A DNA stretch of 60,001 nt, taken from positions 1 through 60,001 of IMG/VR virus record IMGVR_UViG_3300021225_000464. One strand, written 5' to 3'. The notes under the pieces were generated by a model, which saw only the letters and a program-made list of their open reading frames with translations, made no database searches and was not told the DNA's origin. The stretch's first letter is position 1. Every line of letters begins with the position of its first letter. Below, piece after piece: positions 28,303-37,275 of the stretch. This DNA is from a virus (taxonomy: Duplodnaviria > Caudoviricetes). The position numbers and the translations under genes were made by a program.

Positions 28303-29152
28303 GATAGGTTTTACTAAAGAAAATTTAAGTAAACAATCTCCAAAACAAATTAATACCTTATATGAATCTATGGTAAATGCCCATGGATTTGTTGGTTATG
28401 GTAAAATGAATAAACCTATTGGTATTATGAATTCAAAAGGTGAAACTAAAGAGGCTATTACTCAAACTAAAGATGTTACAACAACAACAAATATACCTTT
28501 ATCGGATATTCAAAATAAAGGAACAATAATTCCAAAATCAAATGACCCTAACAAACCATCAACCGCTAAAGTGGAAAACGGAGTTTTGAAAATATCAACA
28601 GCTGAAGGTGAAATGAAAGAAGGTAAAACAAGAAAAAAGAAAAAAGTTGAAAAAAATCCTTGGGCTATCTGTACATCATCATTAGGATTAGAAGGTAAAA
28701 AGAAAGATGACTATACTAAAGGTGAAGATAAAAAATTTGAAAGATGTGTTCTTGATGTCAAAAAGTCATTAAAAGAAGGTAAAAACCCATATGAAGTAAT
28801 CTTGGAACGAAAAATGAGAGATATCATTGAAGAAAATTTAAGACCTACTATGACTAAAAAAGATTTGATTAAAAGTATTTTAGAATCACAAACTAAAGAA
28901 AAAACTAAAGAAAAGGAAAAGACAAAAACTCCAACTAGAAGAAGTCCGTTCCAACCGGCTCCTAACACAGACCCAAAACCAAAAGGTTCAGGAACTAAAG
29001 AAAAGGAAAAAACTAAAGAGAAGGAAAAAACAACAACTCCAACTAGAAGAAGTCCGTTCCAGCCAGCTCCTAACACAGACCCAAGACCAAAAGGTGAATT
29101 ACCTGATTATTTAAGTTTTGGTAGTATGAATATTAAATTAAAAGGTGAGTAA
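28268..29152 (+). CDS. Basic putative core protein with NPWAICT module and internal duplication
   Basis: KNPWAICTSSLG...KFERCV; two copies of TKEK..TPTRRSPFQPAPNTDP.PKG. Confidence 0.6.
   Translation: MEIKKQIQKLVEIGFTKENLSKQSPKQINTLYESMVNAHGFVGYGKMNKPIGIMNSKGETKEAITQTKDVTTTTNIPLSDIQNKGTIIPKSNDPNKPSTAKVENGVLKISTAEGEMKEGKTRKKKKVEKNPWAICTSSLGLEGKKKDDYTKGEDKKFERCVLDVKKSLKEGKNPYEVILERKMRDIIEENLRPTMTKKDLIKSILESQTKEKTKEKEKTKTPTRRSPFQPAPNTDPKPKGSGTKEKEKTKEKEKTTTPTRRSPFQPAPNTDPRPKGELPDYLSFGSMNIKLKGE
28892..29095 (+). repeat. In-frame tandem duplication of about 100 bp
   Basis: Two copies of actccaactagaagaagtccgttcca..gctcctaacacagaccca..accaaaaggt. Confidence 0.9.
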
Positions 29153-30449
29153 GATGAAAAAAGAACAATTAGTAAGAAGATTGGTTAATCGTATTAATGA
29201 AGCACCTATTGGGTACGAAGGACCTGAGAGAATGGCTCCTGATATCCAATCTAAATTTGAAAAAGGTGAAACACCCCATTCGGGTAGTAAGGCATTTCCT
29301 GAAATTACACCTGAAGGACCAGATAAACCATCTAACTTTGAGCAACTTATTGCATCACAAAGATTTAAAGATGTTATTGGTAGATTAAAAAGATATACAG
29401 GTCTTCAAGATGTTACATCACAGAACTCAATGATGAGACTTCAAATGATGGTAATGAATGCTATGCAAGAAATTGCTCAGATTGAATCTGAAAACAAAGA
29501 ATATTTGGAAGAACTTGCAATTGAATTGGTACAAAAAGAATTTGGTATTCCTGAAGGAGCATTACAATATGATGTAAAGTTGGTTCAACCAAATGATATT
29601 GATTCAAGCAAGTTATCACCTAAAGGTGAGGAACCAAGTGAAGAGGAAATTGAAAATATGTTTGGTTCTGAAGAAGAACAAGAACAACTTGAAGATTTCA
29701 TGGATTCATTTGAAAAATTTGATTTGGAAAAGGCAAAAAGAAGATTTATCAACTCACTTATTCAAGGAGCAGCTAAACAATCTTCTTATATGTTTGAATT
29801 ATTAAACAGAGAGTTAAACGCTATCAACCCAAGATTGTTAAACATGTATGGTGTCTTTATGTCATTCGCAGATTCACTTTATTGGTTAATGCCTGACTCA
29901 ATGGTTCAAGGTATGGCTGGTGGCGGAGAATCTACTTATGGTATGTCAGAATTGGACGCTAAGACTGACCCACCAACAGTAAAAGCACGTGGTGTTAACT
30001 TACCAATCCTTATTCATGAACTTGCTAAAGGTGTTATGGAAATTGCTGGTACATACGGATTACCAAAAGATAAGACAAGACAAGAGGCGGTGATTAACTC
30101 ACAAGATACAGTTGTTGGTGAAATTTGGGACATGAGATTAGGTCCTGTTATTTGGCAAAAGTTCCGTGAGTCTTATCCTGATGAGTTGTTTGACGATGAT
30201 AAGAGAAACTTACAACAATATTTCCTTGTAAAGTTTGCTGAACTTACACCAAACGAATTCTTCAAAATGGCTCGTGAAATTTTATCAGGTTCACCAAAAG
30301 GGAAGAAAATGGTAAAAGACATGGTTGATGAAATCATAGAAGAATTAAAAGGATATGAGTATGAAGATACTATGAAGAAATATGAAGACGATGACGACGA
30401 TGATGATGAGGATTTTGATGATTTTTTAAAAGGATTAGGTATCAACTAA
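29145..30449 (+). CDS. Conserved hypothetical phage protein upstream of terminase
   Basis: 434 aa; leader LVRRLVNRINE|A; KRRFINSLIQG and IHELAKG motifs. Confidence 0.7.
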   Translation: MSKMKKEQLVRRLVNRINEAPIGYEGPERMAPDIQSKFEKGETPHSGSKAFPEITPEGPDKPSNFEQLIASQRFKDVIGRLKRYTGLQDVTSQNSMMRLQMMVMNAMQEIAQIESENKEYLEELAIELVQKEFGIPEGALQYDVKLVQPNDIDSSKLSPKGEEPSEEEIENMFGSEEEQEQLEDFMDSFEKFDLEKAKRRFINSLIQGAAKQSSYMFELLNRELNAINPRLLNMYGVFMSFADSLYWLMPDSMVQGMAGGGESTYGMSELDAKTDPPTVKARGVNLPILIHELAKGVMEIAGTYGLPKDKTRQEAVINSQDTVVGEIWDMRLGPVIWQKFRESYPDELFDDDKRNLQQYFLVKFAELTPNEFFKMAREILSGSPKGKKMVKDMVDEIIEELKGYEYEDTMKKYEDDDDDDDEDFDDFLKGLGIN

Positions 30450-30456
30450 AAACTTT

Positions 30457-30482
30457 AAAACCCTTCAGAGATGAAGGGTTTT
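30457..30482. terminator. Intrinsic terminator
   Basis: AAAACCCTTCA-GAGA-TGAAGGGTTTT. Confidence 0.75.
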
Positions 30483-30514
30483 CTATTTTATGATAAATTT
30501 TATATTTATAGTAT

Positions 30515-32260
30515 ATGAGTTTATCTAAAGAAGCCGTTTTAATGGAGTATGCCAAGTGTATGAAATCAACACCATACGCCCTTAAAACTTATTTACAGAC
30601 ATATGACAACACTGTTTCAAAGTATGTCCCGTTAGAGTTATTCCCTGACCAAATTAGTTTGGTTGAGGATTATGAAAATTATAATGAAAATATTGCACTA
30701 AAGTATAGACAAGCTGGTGTATCTACGGTAACCGCCGCTTGGTCATCCAAAAAACTTGTTTTTGCTAAAAAGAATAGTCCTGAAAAGATATTGGTTATTG
30801 CAAACAAGTTGGATACTGCGGTGGAAGTTGCAAATAAAATTAGAGGATTTACTGAACAGTGGCCAAGTTGGGTAGGTGTTGGGTTTTCTGCTGAAAAAAA
30901 TTCACAAAGACATTTTAAGTTAACCAATGGTTGTGAAGTTAAGGCGGTTGCAACATCTAAAGATGCTCTCCGTGGTTACACACCAACTATATTAATATTT
31001 GACGAAGCCGCTTACATTGATGCTGATGGTGATTTTTGGGCGGCCTGTATGGCATCCTTATCCACAGGTGGTAAAGTGATAGTTGTGTCAACACCAAACG
31101 GATATGACCCAATCTACTATGAAATTTATGACCAGGCATTAAAGGGGATGAATGAATTCAAAATTTCCGAAATGGTATGGTGGAAAGACCCAAGATATGC
31201 GAGAGATTTATCATTAATCAATGTTAAAGATGTTATTCATTATTATTTAAATCGTAATGAATATCAAAATGTTGAGATTGTCGAATATAAAGATAAAGAA
31301 AAAAACTTTGATGAAATTAGACAGTTGATTGCTCAAGGATACAAACCAAGTTCTTCTTGGTATGAGTCAATGGTTAAAAAACTTAAGTATGATAAACGTA
31401 AAGTTAATCAAGAGTTAGAATGTGCATTTCTTGGTTCAGGTGATAACGTATTTGATACTGATTTATTGGAAAACTTAAGGATAAATATGGTTAAAGAACC
31501 ACCTACAAAGATGATGGGTGGTGGACTATGGATATGGAAAGAACCTGAAATGGGTAAAAAATATATTATGGGTGTTGATGTATCTCGTGGGGATAGTGAA
31601 GACTTTTCAACATTTCAAATTGTTGATTTTGATTCAAGAGAACAGGTTGCAGAATACGTTGGGAAACTTCCTCCTGATACTTTGGCTGAAATATGTTATA
31701 AGTGGGGTAATATGTATAATGCATTTATTGTTATAGATATTACTGGTGGTATGGGTGTTACAACATCTTTAAGATTAAGAGAGTTGGGTTATAGAAACAT
31801 GTATGTTGATGGTGTTGATGTATCTAATAAATGGAAATACGACCCAAAAGCAACTGAAAAAATACCAGGGATTAATTTTAATGCTAAAAGAGTTCAGATT
31901 ATTGCAACTTTTGAAGAATATCTAAGACATGGATTTAGAATAAATTCATCTCGTTTATTAAATGAAATGAACACATTCATTTATATGAATGGACGACCTG
32001 ACCACCAAAAGGGACAACATGATGACTTAATTATGTCAGTTGCTATGGCACTTTATGTTGGTGAGTCATCATTTACTTCACTTAATAAGGTAACAAATCA
32101 AACAAAGGCTATGATTAATTCATGGACTGTTAATACAAATGATTTTAACAGAAAACAATTTATGGACCCTGTCATGCCACATCAACAAGAAAACATTAAA
32201 CGAGAAGCTACGAAAAGCGACTACGAAAACTATTTATGGTTATTCGGAGGAAGACGATAA
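30515..32260 (+). CDS. terL: Terminase large subunit (T4 gp17-like)
   Basis: KYRQAGVST, ILIFDEAA, VSTPNG, QELEC.F, GVDVSRG...DFS, HDDLIMS. Confidence 0.93.
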   Translation: MSLSKEAVLMEYAKCMKSTPYALKTYLQTYDNTVSKYVPLELFPDQISLVEDYENYNENIALKYRQAGVSTVTAAWSSKKLVFAKKNSPEKILVIANKLDTAVEVANKIRGFTEQWPSWVGVGFSAEKNSQRHFKLTNGCEVKAVATSKDALRGYTPTILIFDEAAYIDADGDFWAACMASLSTGGKVIVVSTPNGYDPIYYEIYDQALKGMNEFKISEMVWWKDPRYARDLSLINVKDVIHYYLNRNEYQNVEIVEYKDKEKNFDEIRQLIAQGYKPSSSWYESMVKKLKYDKRKVNQELECAFLGSGDNVFDTDLLENLRINMVKEPPTKMMGGGLWIWKEPEMGKKYIMGVDVSRGDSEDFSTFQIVDFDSREQVAEYVGKLPPDTLAEICYKWGNMYNAFIVIDITGGMGVTTSLRLRELGYRNMYVDGVDVSNKWKYDPKATEKIPGINFNAKRVQIIATFEEYLRHGFRINSSRLLNEMNTFIYMNGRPDHQKGQHDDLIMSVAMALYVGESSFTSLNKVTNQTKAMINSWTVNTNDFNRKQFMDPVMPHQQENIKREATKSDYENYLWLFGGRR

Positions 32261-32264
32261 AATT

Positions 32265-32864
32265 ATGGGATATTTTAAAAGACGAAAATCTAAAACATAT
32301 AACGCTGGTACAAGAATGATTATACCTGGTTTAGGTATTTTAACAGCTAATATACAAAGTGTTGATAAATTACGTATTAAACCAAATCAACCTTTAAATA
32401 ATGTTTTACCAACGCCAACTCCGACACCAAGTAAGACACCTTCACCAAGTACAGCTCCTGCAAATACACCGACACCGACTCCAACACCAAGTAGTACACC
32501 TACAAATGTTTATAATATAACTGTAAGATTGTTAAGTCAAAGCAATTTTAATAACTTTGTTACTATTTACACAAGTACTAATAACGGATTAACTTGGACA
32601 TCACTTTATTACTACTCACTACCAGGATTTCCTGCTAATGGATACTATGGATATAACCTTAATAATTTTAATGCAGGTGAAAGTATATGGATTGGTTTGA
32701 TGTATAATAATACTAATATAAAATATGGTACAGGAAGTTTTTCTGGTGATTTTAATAGTTTATGTGGATTAAGTGAACCATTTAAAATTAATTCACTTAC
32801 AGCTAATACTGATGTATATTTAAATTTAGCAACTATAAATGGTAATGCGTATATTACATGCTAA
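32265..32864 (+). CDS. PT-linker protein with Asp-box-like C-terminal domain
   Basis: PTPTPTP tracts and YTSTNNGLTW; start moved to ATG 32265. Confidence 0.6.
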   Translation: MGYFKRRKSKTYNAGTRMIIPGLGILTANIQSVDKLRIKPNQPLNNVLPTPTPTPSKTPSPSTAPANTPTPTPTPSSTPTNVYNITVRLLSQSNFNNFVTIYTSTNNGLTWTSLYYYSLPGFPANGYYGYNLNNFNAGESIWIGLMYNNTNIKYGTGSFSGDFNSLCGLSEPFKINSLTANTDVYLNLATINGNAYITC

Positions 32865-32909
32865 TGCCTAATAAACTTTAATTTAATTTAAAAGTATTTA
32901 TATTTTAGT

Positions 32910-34748
32910 ATGAGTGAAAATAAACTAACGGTATGGCAGAGGTTATCTCAAACATTTGGACCCAATTCTTTATTGGGGCAAGATTACCCTACCTACAAAT
33001 ATGATAAGAAAGAACTTTTAAAGACAACTTCTAAATCAGAATACGAAAGAGAAAAACTTCAAGCCCAACAAACATATTATTTAGCAAACCAATGGGGTAG
33101 AATTGAAAATAATCTGTATACCCAAGCGGTTTACTATGAACCAACTCGTTTAGCGTCTTTTTATGACTATGAGTCAATGGAATTTACACCTGAAATTGGT
33201 GCAGCTTTAGATATTTACGCTGAAGAATCTACAACAATTAACCAAGATGGTTATATGTTACAAATCTATTCTGAGTCGTCAAGGATTAAATCAATCTTAG
33301 GTGATTTATTTAATAACGCTTTAGACATTAACACCAACTTACCTATGTGGATAAGAAACACTTGTAAGTATGGTGATAACTTTGTTTATTTAAAATTAGA
33401 CCCTGAGAAAGGAATTATTGGTTGTATGCAGCTACCAATCATTGAGATTGAAAGATTGGAAGCAGGTATGGGTTCTCATTCTACAGATTCTACAACAAAC
33501 CCTGAAAAAAAACATTTAAAATTTAAATGGAAACAAAAAGATTTAGAGTTTAACACATGGGAAATTGCTCACTTTAGATTGCTAGGTGATGATAGAAGAT
33601 TACCTTATGGTACTTCAATGTTAGAAAAGGCAAGACGTATTTGGAAACAATTATTATTGTCAGAAGATGCTATGTTGATTTATAGGACATCAAGAGCTCC
33701 TGAAAGACGTGTATTTAAAGTATTCGTTGGTAACATGGATGATGCGGATGTTGAACCATATATCCAAAGATTCGCCAATAAGTTTAAGAGAAGTCAAACT
33801 GTTGACCACAAGACAGGGAATGTTGATATGAGATTTAATCAAATGGCAGTTGACCAAGATTATTTTGTTCCTGTTAGGGATACAACACAAACAATGCCTA
33901 TTGAGACATTACCTGGAGCTGCAAACCTATCAGAGATTGCGGACATTGAATATATCCAAAAGAAATTGTTAACGGCTCTTCGTGTTCCTAAAGCGTTTTT
34001 AGGTTTTGAAGAAACTGTTGGTGATGGTAAGAACTTATCATTACAAGATATTCGTTTTGCAAGAACTATTAACAGAATTCAGAAAAATATGATTTCTGAA
34101 TTAAATAAAATTGCAATCATACATTTATTCATTTTAGGATTTGAAGATGAAATTTCTAATTTCCAATTAAGTTTGACAAATCCATCAACACAGGCGGATT
34201 TAATGAAAATTGATGTATGGAAAGAAAAAATTCTTCTTTATAAAGATTTGGTTGCGGACCCAGGTAGTGGTATTGCGGCAGTTTCACAATCATGGGCTAA
34301 GAAACACATTCTTGGATTTTCTGATGAAGAAATCAAACTTGATTTACAACAACAACGTATTGAAAGAGCTGTTGGTGAAGAACTTAAGAAAACTGCTGAA
34401 GTTATTACTCACACAGGGTTATTTGATAATCTTGATAAGTTATATGGAAAGAAAGAAGGTGAACCAGCAGGAGCACCGTCAGAAGGAGGTGGAGCTCCAC
34501 CATCATCTGATTTAGGCGGTTTTGGAGGAGGTGAAAGCTCACCACCTGAATCACCAGCACCTGCAGAACCAGCACCTGCAGAAGCGGCTCCAACAGTACC
34601 TGAAGGTGATAATAGTCGTAATTCTGAACTTAATATTTTATTAGAAAATTCAGGAATGTTACATGAAGATGAACTAATTGATTTGGGGCGTGTTCAAGAA
34701 TCTTTAGGAGAAATGGGTACTCAATTAGATAAACTACTTAAAGGTTGA
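32910..34748 (+). CDS. Portal protein (T4 gp20-like)
   Basis: EDAMLIYRTSRAPERRVF.V.VGNM, QDYFVPVR, IETLPG, ALRVP. Confidence 0.95.
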   Translation: MSENKLTVWQRLSQTFGPNSLLGQDYPTYKYDKKELLKTTSKSEYEREKLQAQQTYYLANQWGRIENNLYTQAVYYEPTRLASFYDYESMEFTPEIGAALDIYAEESTTINQDGYMLQIYSESSRIKSILGDLFNNALDINTNLPMWIRNTCKYGDNFVYLKLDPEKGIIGCMQLPIIEIERLEAGMGSHSTDSTTNPEKKHLKFKWKQKDLEFNTWEIAHFRLLGDDRRLPYGTSMLEKARRIWKQLLLSEDAMLIYRTSRAPERRVFKVFVGNMDDADVEPYIQRFANKFKRSQTVDHKTGNVDMRFNQMAVDQDYFVPVRDTTQTMPIETLPGAANLSEIADIEYIQKKLLTALRVPKAFLGFEETVGDGKNLSLQDIRFARTINRIQKNMISELNKIAIIHLFILGFEDEISNFQLSLTNPSTQADLMKIDVWKEKILLYKDLVADPGSGIAAVSQSWAKKHILGFSDEEIKLDLQQQRIERAVGEELKKTAEVITHTGLFDNLDKLYGKKEGEPAGAPSEGGGAPPSSDLGGFGGGESSPPESPAPAEPAPAEAAPTVPEGDNSRNSELNILLENSGMLHEDELIDLGRVQESLGEMGTQLDKLLKG

Positions 34749-34772
34749 TATTTATAGTAAAAATATTATAAA

Positions 34773-35483
34773 ATGAAATTCGGAGTAATAAAAACATTAG
34801 TTGAGAATAAATTAATTGAATCGTTTAGACAAGATTCACTTAAATCAGATATGAGTTTGTTTAACAAAAAACTTTTAAAAAATAAAGATTTTTGTAAAAT
34901 GATGTCAATCTATGATAATTTAAATGAGAATAAAGGATTAGATAAGGAAACATCAAGGTACTTAGCTGATGATTTATTTTTTGAATTCAATAAACTTAAA
35001 TTATCTGAACAAACTTTAAGTTTTATAAAAAAATGGACAAAAGATATAATAGTTGAAAACAAATACGAAATTATTGACAATTTATTATATGTTGATTTAT
35101 CAAACCCTGAAAAAAAATCATTGGCTAAAAAAACAATTGTTGAAAGTTTATCTAAAACTAAACCGATTGTTGAAAGTAAAAAAACAAATGTCCCAATTAG
35201 TTCTTTATTAAAAATTGCTAATTCAACGGCTGAAAAATATTTAGATAATTTAAATGAATCTGAAAGAAATTCAGTAAAAGAAATATTAACATCAAAGGAT
35301 GAAAATTTAAAAACAAAATTTACTGAATTAAAAGAAAATGCAATTCAAAAAATTGATGTACTTATTTCTGAATCAGATGAAGAGTTAACAAAAGTTTTAG
35401 CGGAAACAAAAGAAAGATTATCTAATGTTAAACCATCTAAAAAAGAATATATTAAATTATTAAATTTAACTCAAAATTTATAA
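34773..35483 (+). CDS. Hypothetical head-module protein
   Basis: Helical, many [IL]-x-E sites; TATTTAT at 34749-34755. Confidence 0.7.
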   Translation: MKFGVIKTLVENKLIESFRQDSLKSDMSLFNKKLLKNKDFCKMMSIYDNLNENKGLDKETSRYLADDLFFEFNKLKLSEQTLSFIKKWTKDIIVENKYEIIDNLLYVDLSNPEKKSLAKKTIVESLSKTKPIVESKKTNVPISSLLKIANSTAEKYLDNLNESERNSVKEILTSKDENLKTKFTELKENAIQKIDVLISESDEELTKVLAETKERLSNVKPSKKEYIKLLNLTQNL

Positions 35484-35663
35484 TTCAATATTTTTTGAAT
35501 TTTTATACATCGCATTTTTTAAAATCTGACGTTTTGTGTCAGATTTTTTTTTGTAGTATTTTCCTTCCTGTAGTTTTTTTACTAATTGAGTTTTAACTAC
35601 TTTTTGTTTAAACATTTTGAGGGCTTTTTCTACCTCGTTATTTCTGACAGGGATAATTAACAT
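35478..35663 (-). CDS. rpsU: Phage-encoded ribosomal protein bS21
   Basis: MLIIPV...EKALK.FK.KV..T...K.L....Y.K.S..KR.....A.Y resembles Bacteroidota bS21. Confidence 0.88.
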   Translation of the reverse strand: MLIIPVRNNEVEKALKMFKQKVVKTQLVKKLQEGKYYKKKSDTKRQILKNAMYKNSKNIEL

Positions 35664-35730
35664 TTTTTTGACAACTTTGTTATTATTGATTATTATTAAA
35701 TAAATAAACGAAGATATGAAAAATTTGTAA

Positions 35731-36195
35731 ATGAAAAAAGGAAAAAGTTGTGTAATGAAAGGTTACAAACAAATTAAGTGCTCGTATGGAACAGTGGATT
35801 CAAAAAGTTTAAAATCAATTTATCTAAATATACAATCTTGGGTTGAACCAAAAGGGTTAGAAATGGATTGGATGAGACCCGTATCAATTCTCAATAAAAA
35901 TATTAAAACAGTTTTAAGTGAAATAATTAACAATAATTTATTTAATGATAAATTTATTGTTGATTTAGATTTAAGAACAAGTGGTATATCTCTAAACAAG
36001 AGGTCTTTTATGAATTTAGAAATAACTTTTTTTGTGAAAAATGACACAGATTTTAAATCAAGTGAATTAAAAAACGAATTAAAAAATATCATATCAACAA
36101 TAGAAAAAGATTGTTTTAAAAATTCAAAATATTTTAAATTTTATCTTACAAAGAAGGATAAATTAAATACTACCGATAAAATGGAAAGTATTTAA
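35731..36195 (+). CDS. Conserved hypothetical protein
   Basis: 154 aa; preceded by TTGACA-N17-TATTAT at 35668-35696. Confidence 0.7.
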   Translation: MKKGKSCVMKGYKQIKCSYGTVDSKSLKSIYLNIQSWVEPKGLEMDWMRPVSILNKNIKTVLSEIINNNLFNDKFIVDLDLRTSGISLNKRSFMNLEITFFVKNDTDFKSSELKNELKNIISTIEKDCFKNSKYFKFYLTKKDKLNTTDKMESI

Positions 36196-36217
36196 TATTT
36201 ATCTATAAAAAGGTAAA

Positions 36218-36937
36218 ATGCAAAATTATAAAATATTAGGACCAAGAGAGACAGGAAAAGGTATTTTAATTGAAATGGATGCGGGATATGTTTCCCCAAC
36301 AGAAAAGAATAATCAAACATTTCTACAAGAGAGTAGAGACTTTAAAGATTATTCTAAACCATTTGAATTCTATGCCGTTCTACAAAAATATAACACACCA
36401 AATAGAAACGGTAGAATATATCCTGAAAGAATTCTAAAAAGAGAATCTGAAAATTATATAAAGAACTATATTGGTAAGAAAACTGCATTGTCAGAACTTA
36501 ACCACCCTGAGTCTTCATTAATAGATTTAGATAGAGTATCACACATGATTACAGAGATGTGGTGGGATGGTAATGTTCTATTAGGTAAACTATTACTTCT
36601 GACTTCACCAGGGTTCCATGAAAGAGGTATCGTATCAACAAAGGGTGACCAAGCGGCAAACCTATTAAGATTAGGTGTAACGTTAGGTATATCGTCAAGA
36701 GGGGTAGGTTCACTTAAAAAGGTTGGGGACCAAAACGAAGTACAGGATGATTTTGAATTAATTTGTTTTGACTTAGTGTCTTCACCATCAACACCAGGAG
36801 CTTATTTATTTACTGAACCTGATGGTAGATTTGCGTTTGAAGAAAACTTACAAGAAGAAAATGAAATGAAAGCTGCAAGAACAGTTAACAAATCGCTTGA
36901 TTTAATGGGAAGACTTACCGATTATTTAGGAAAATAA
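36218..36937 (+). CDS. Prohead core protease (T4 gp21-like)
   Basis: NRNGRIYP, ELNHP, VSH, GISSRGVGS, FDLVSSPSTPGA. Confidence 0.93.
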   Translation: MQNYKILGPRETGKGILIEMDAGYVSPTEKNNQTFLQESRDFKDYSKPFEFYAVLQKYNTPNRNGRIYPERILKRESENYIKNYIGKKTALSELNHPESSLIDLDRVSHMITEMWWDGNVLLGKLLLLTSPGFHERGIVSTKGDQAANLLRLGVTLGISSRGVGSLKKVGDQNEVQDDFELICFDLVSSPSTPGAYLFTEPDGRFAFEENLQEENEMKAARTVNKSLDLMGRLTDYLGK

Positions 36938-36943
36938 ATAATT

Positions 36944-37159
36944 ATGGAAATGGACGAAAAATATTTTGTGGCAAAAATCCAATATGATTTGCCAGATGAA
37001 AACACAGGAAAAATTAAAAAGGTAAGAGAAGAAAAACTTGTAAAAGGTTATTCTGTTACTGATGTTGAAGCTAAAGTTACTGAAGCTTACAAATCATTTA
37101 GTTATGATTGGAGAATTACTTCGGTAAGTGAAAGCAAAATTGACGAAGTGTTTGAGTAA
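36944..37159 (+). CDS. DUF4494-like protein
   Basis: YFVAKIQYD...GKIKKVREEKLV...SVTDVEAKV...I.SV.ESKI.EV resembles the Bacteroidota DUF4494 family. Confidence 0.65.
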   Translation: MEMDEKYFVAKIQYDLPDENTGKIKKVREEKLVKGYSVTDVEAKVTEAYKSFSYDWRITSVSESKIDEVFE

Positions 37160-37181
37160 ACAAAAAAATTAAAAAAAGATT

Positions 37182-37208
37182 AAAAGGGGACAAAAGTCCC
37201 CTTTTTTT
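37182..37208. terminator. Intrinsic terminator
   Basis: AAAAGGGGAC-AAAA-GTCCCCTTTTTTT. Confidence 0.85.
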
Positions 37209-37275
37209 ATTAATAAACTAAAAAAAAATAATTTTTCTAAACATCTACATATTTATTTAATAAAATAACTACGCA

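Noticed and set aside
30700-30730. Terminase Walker A lacking Lys (RQAGVST) as a sign of inactivation
   Set aside because: RQxG[IVF]ST variants are common in large terminases, and all other motifs are intact.
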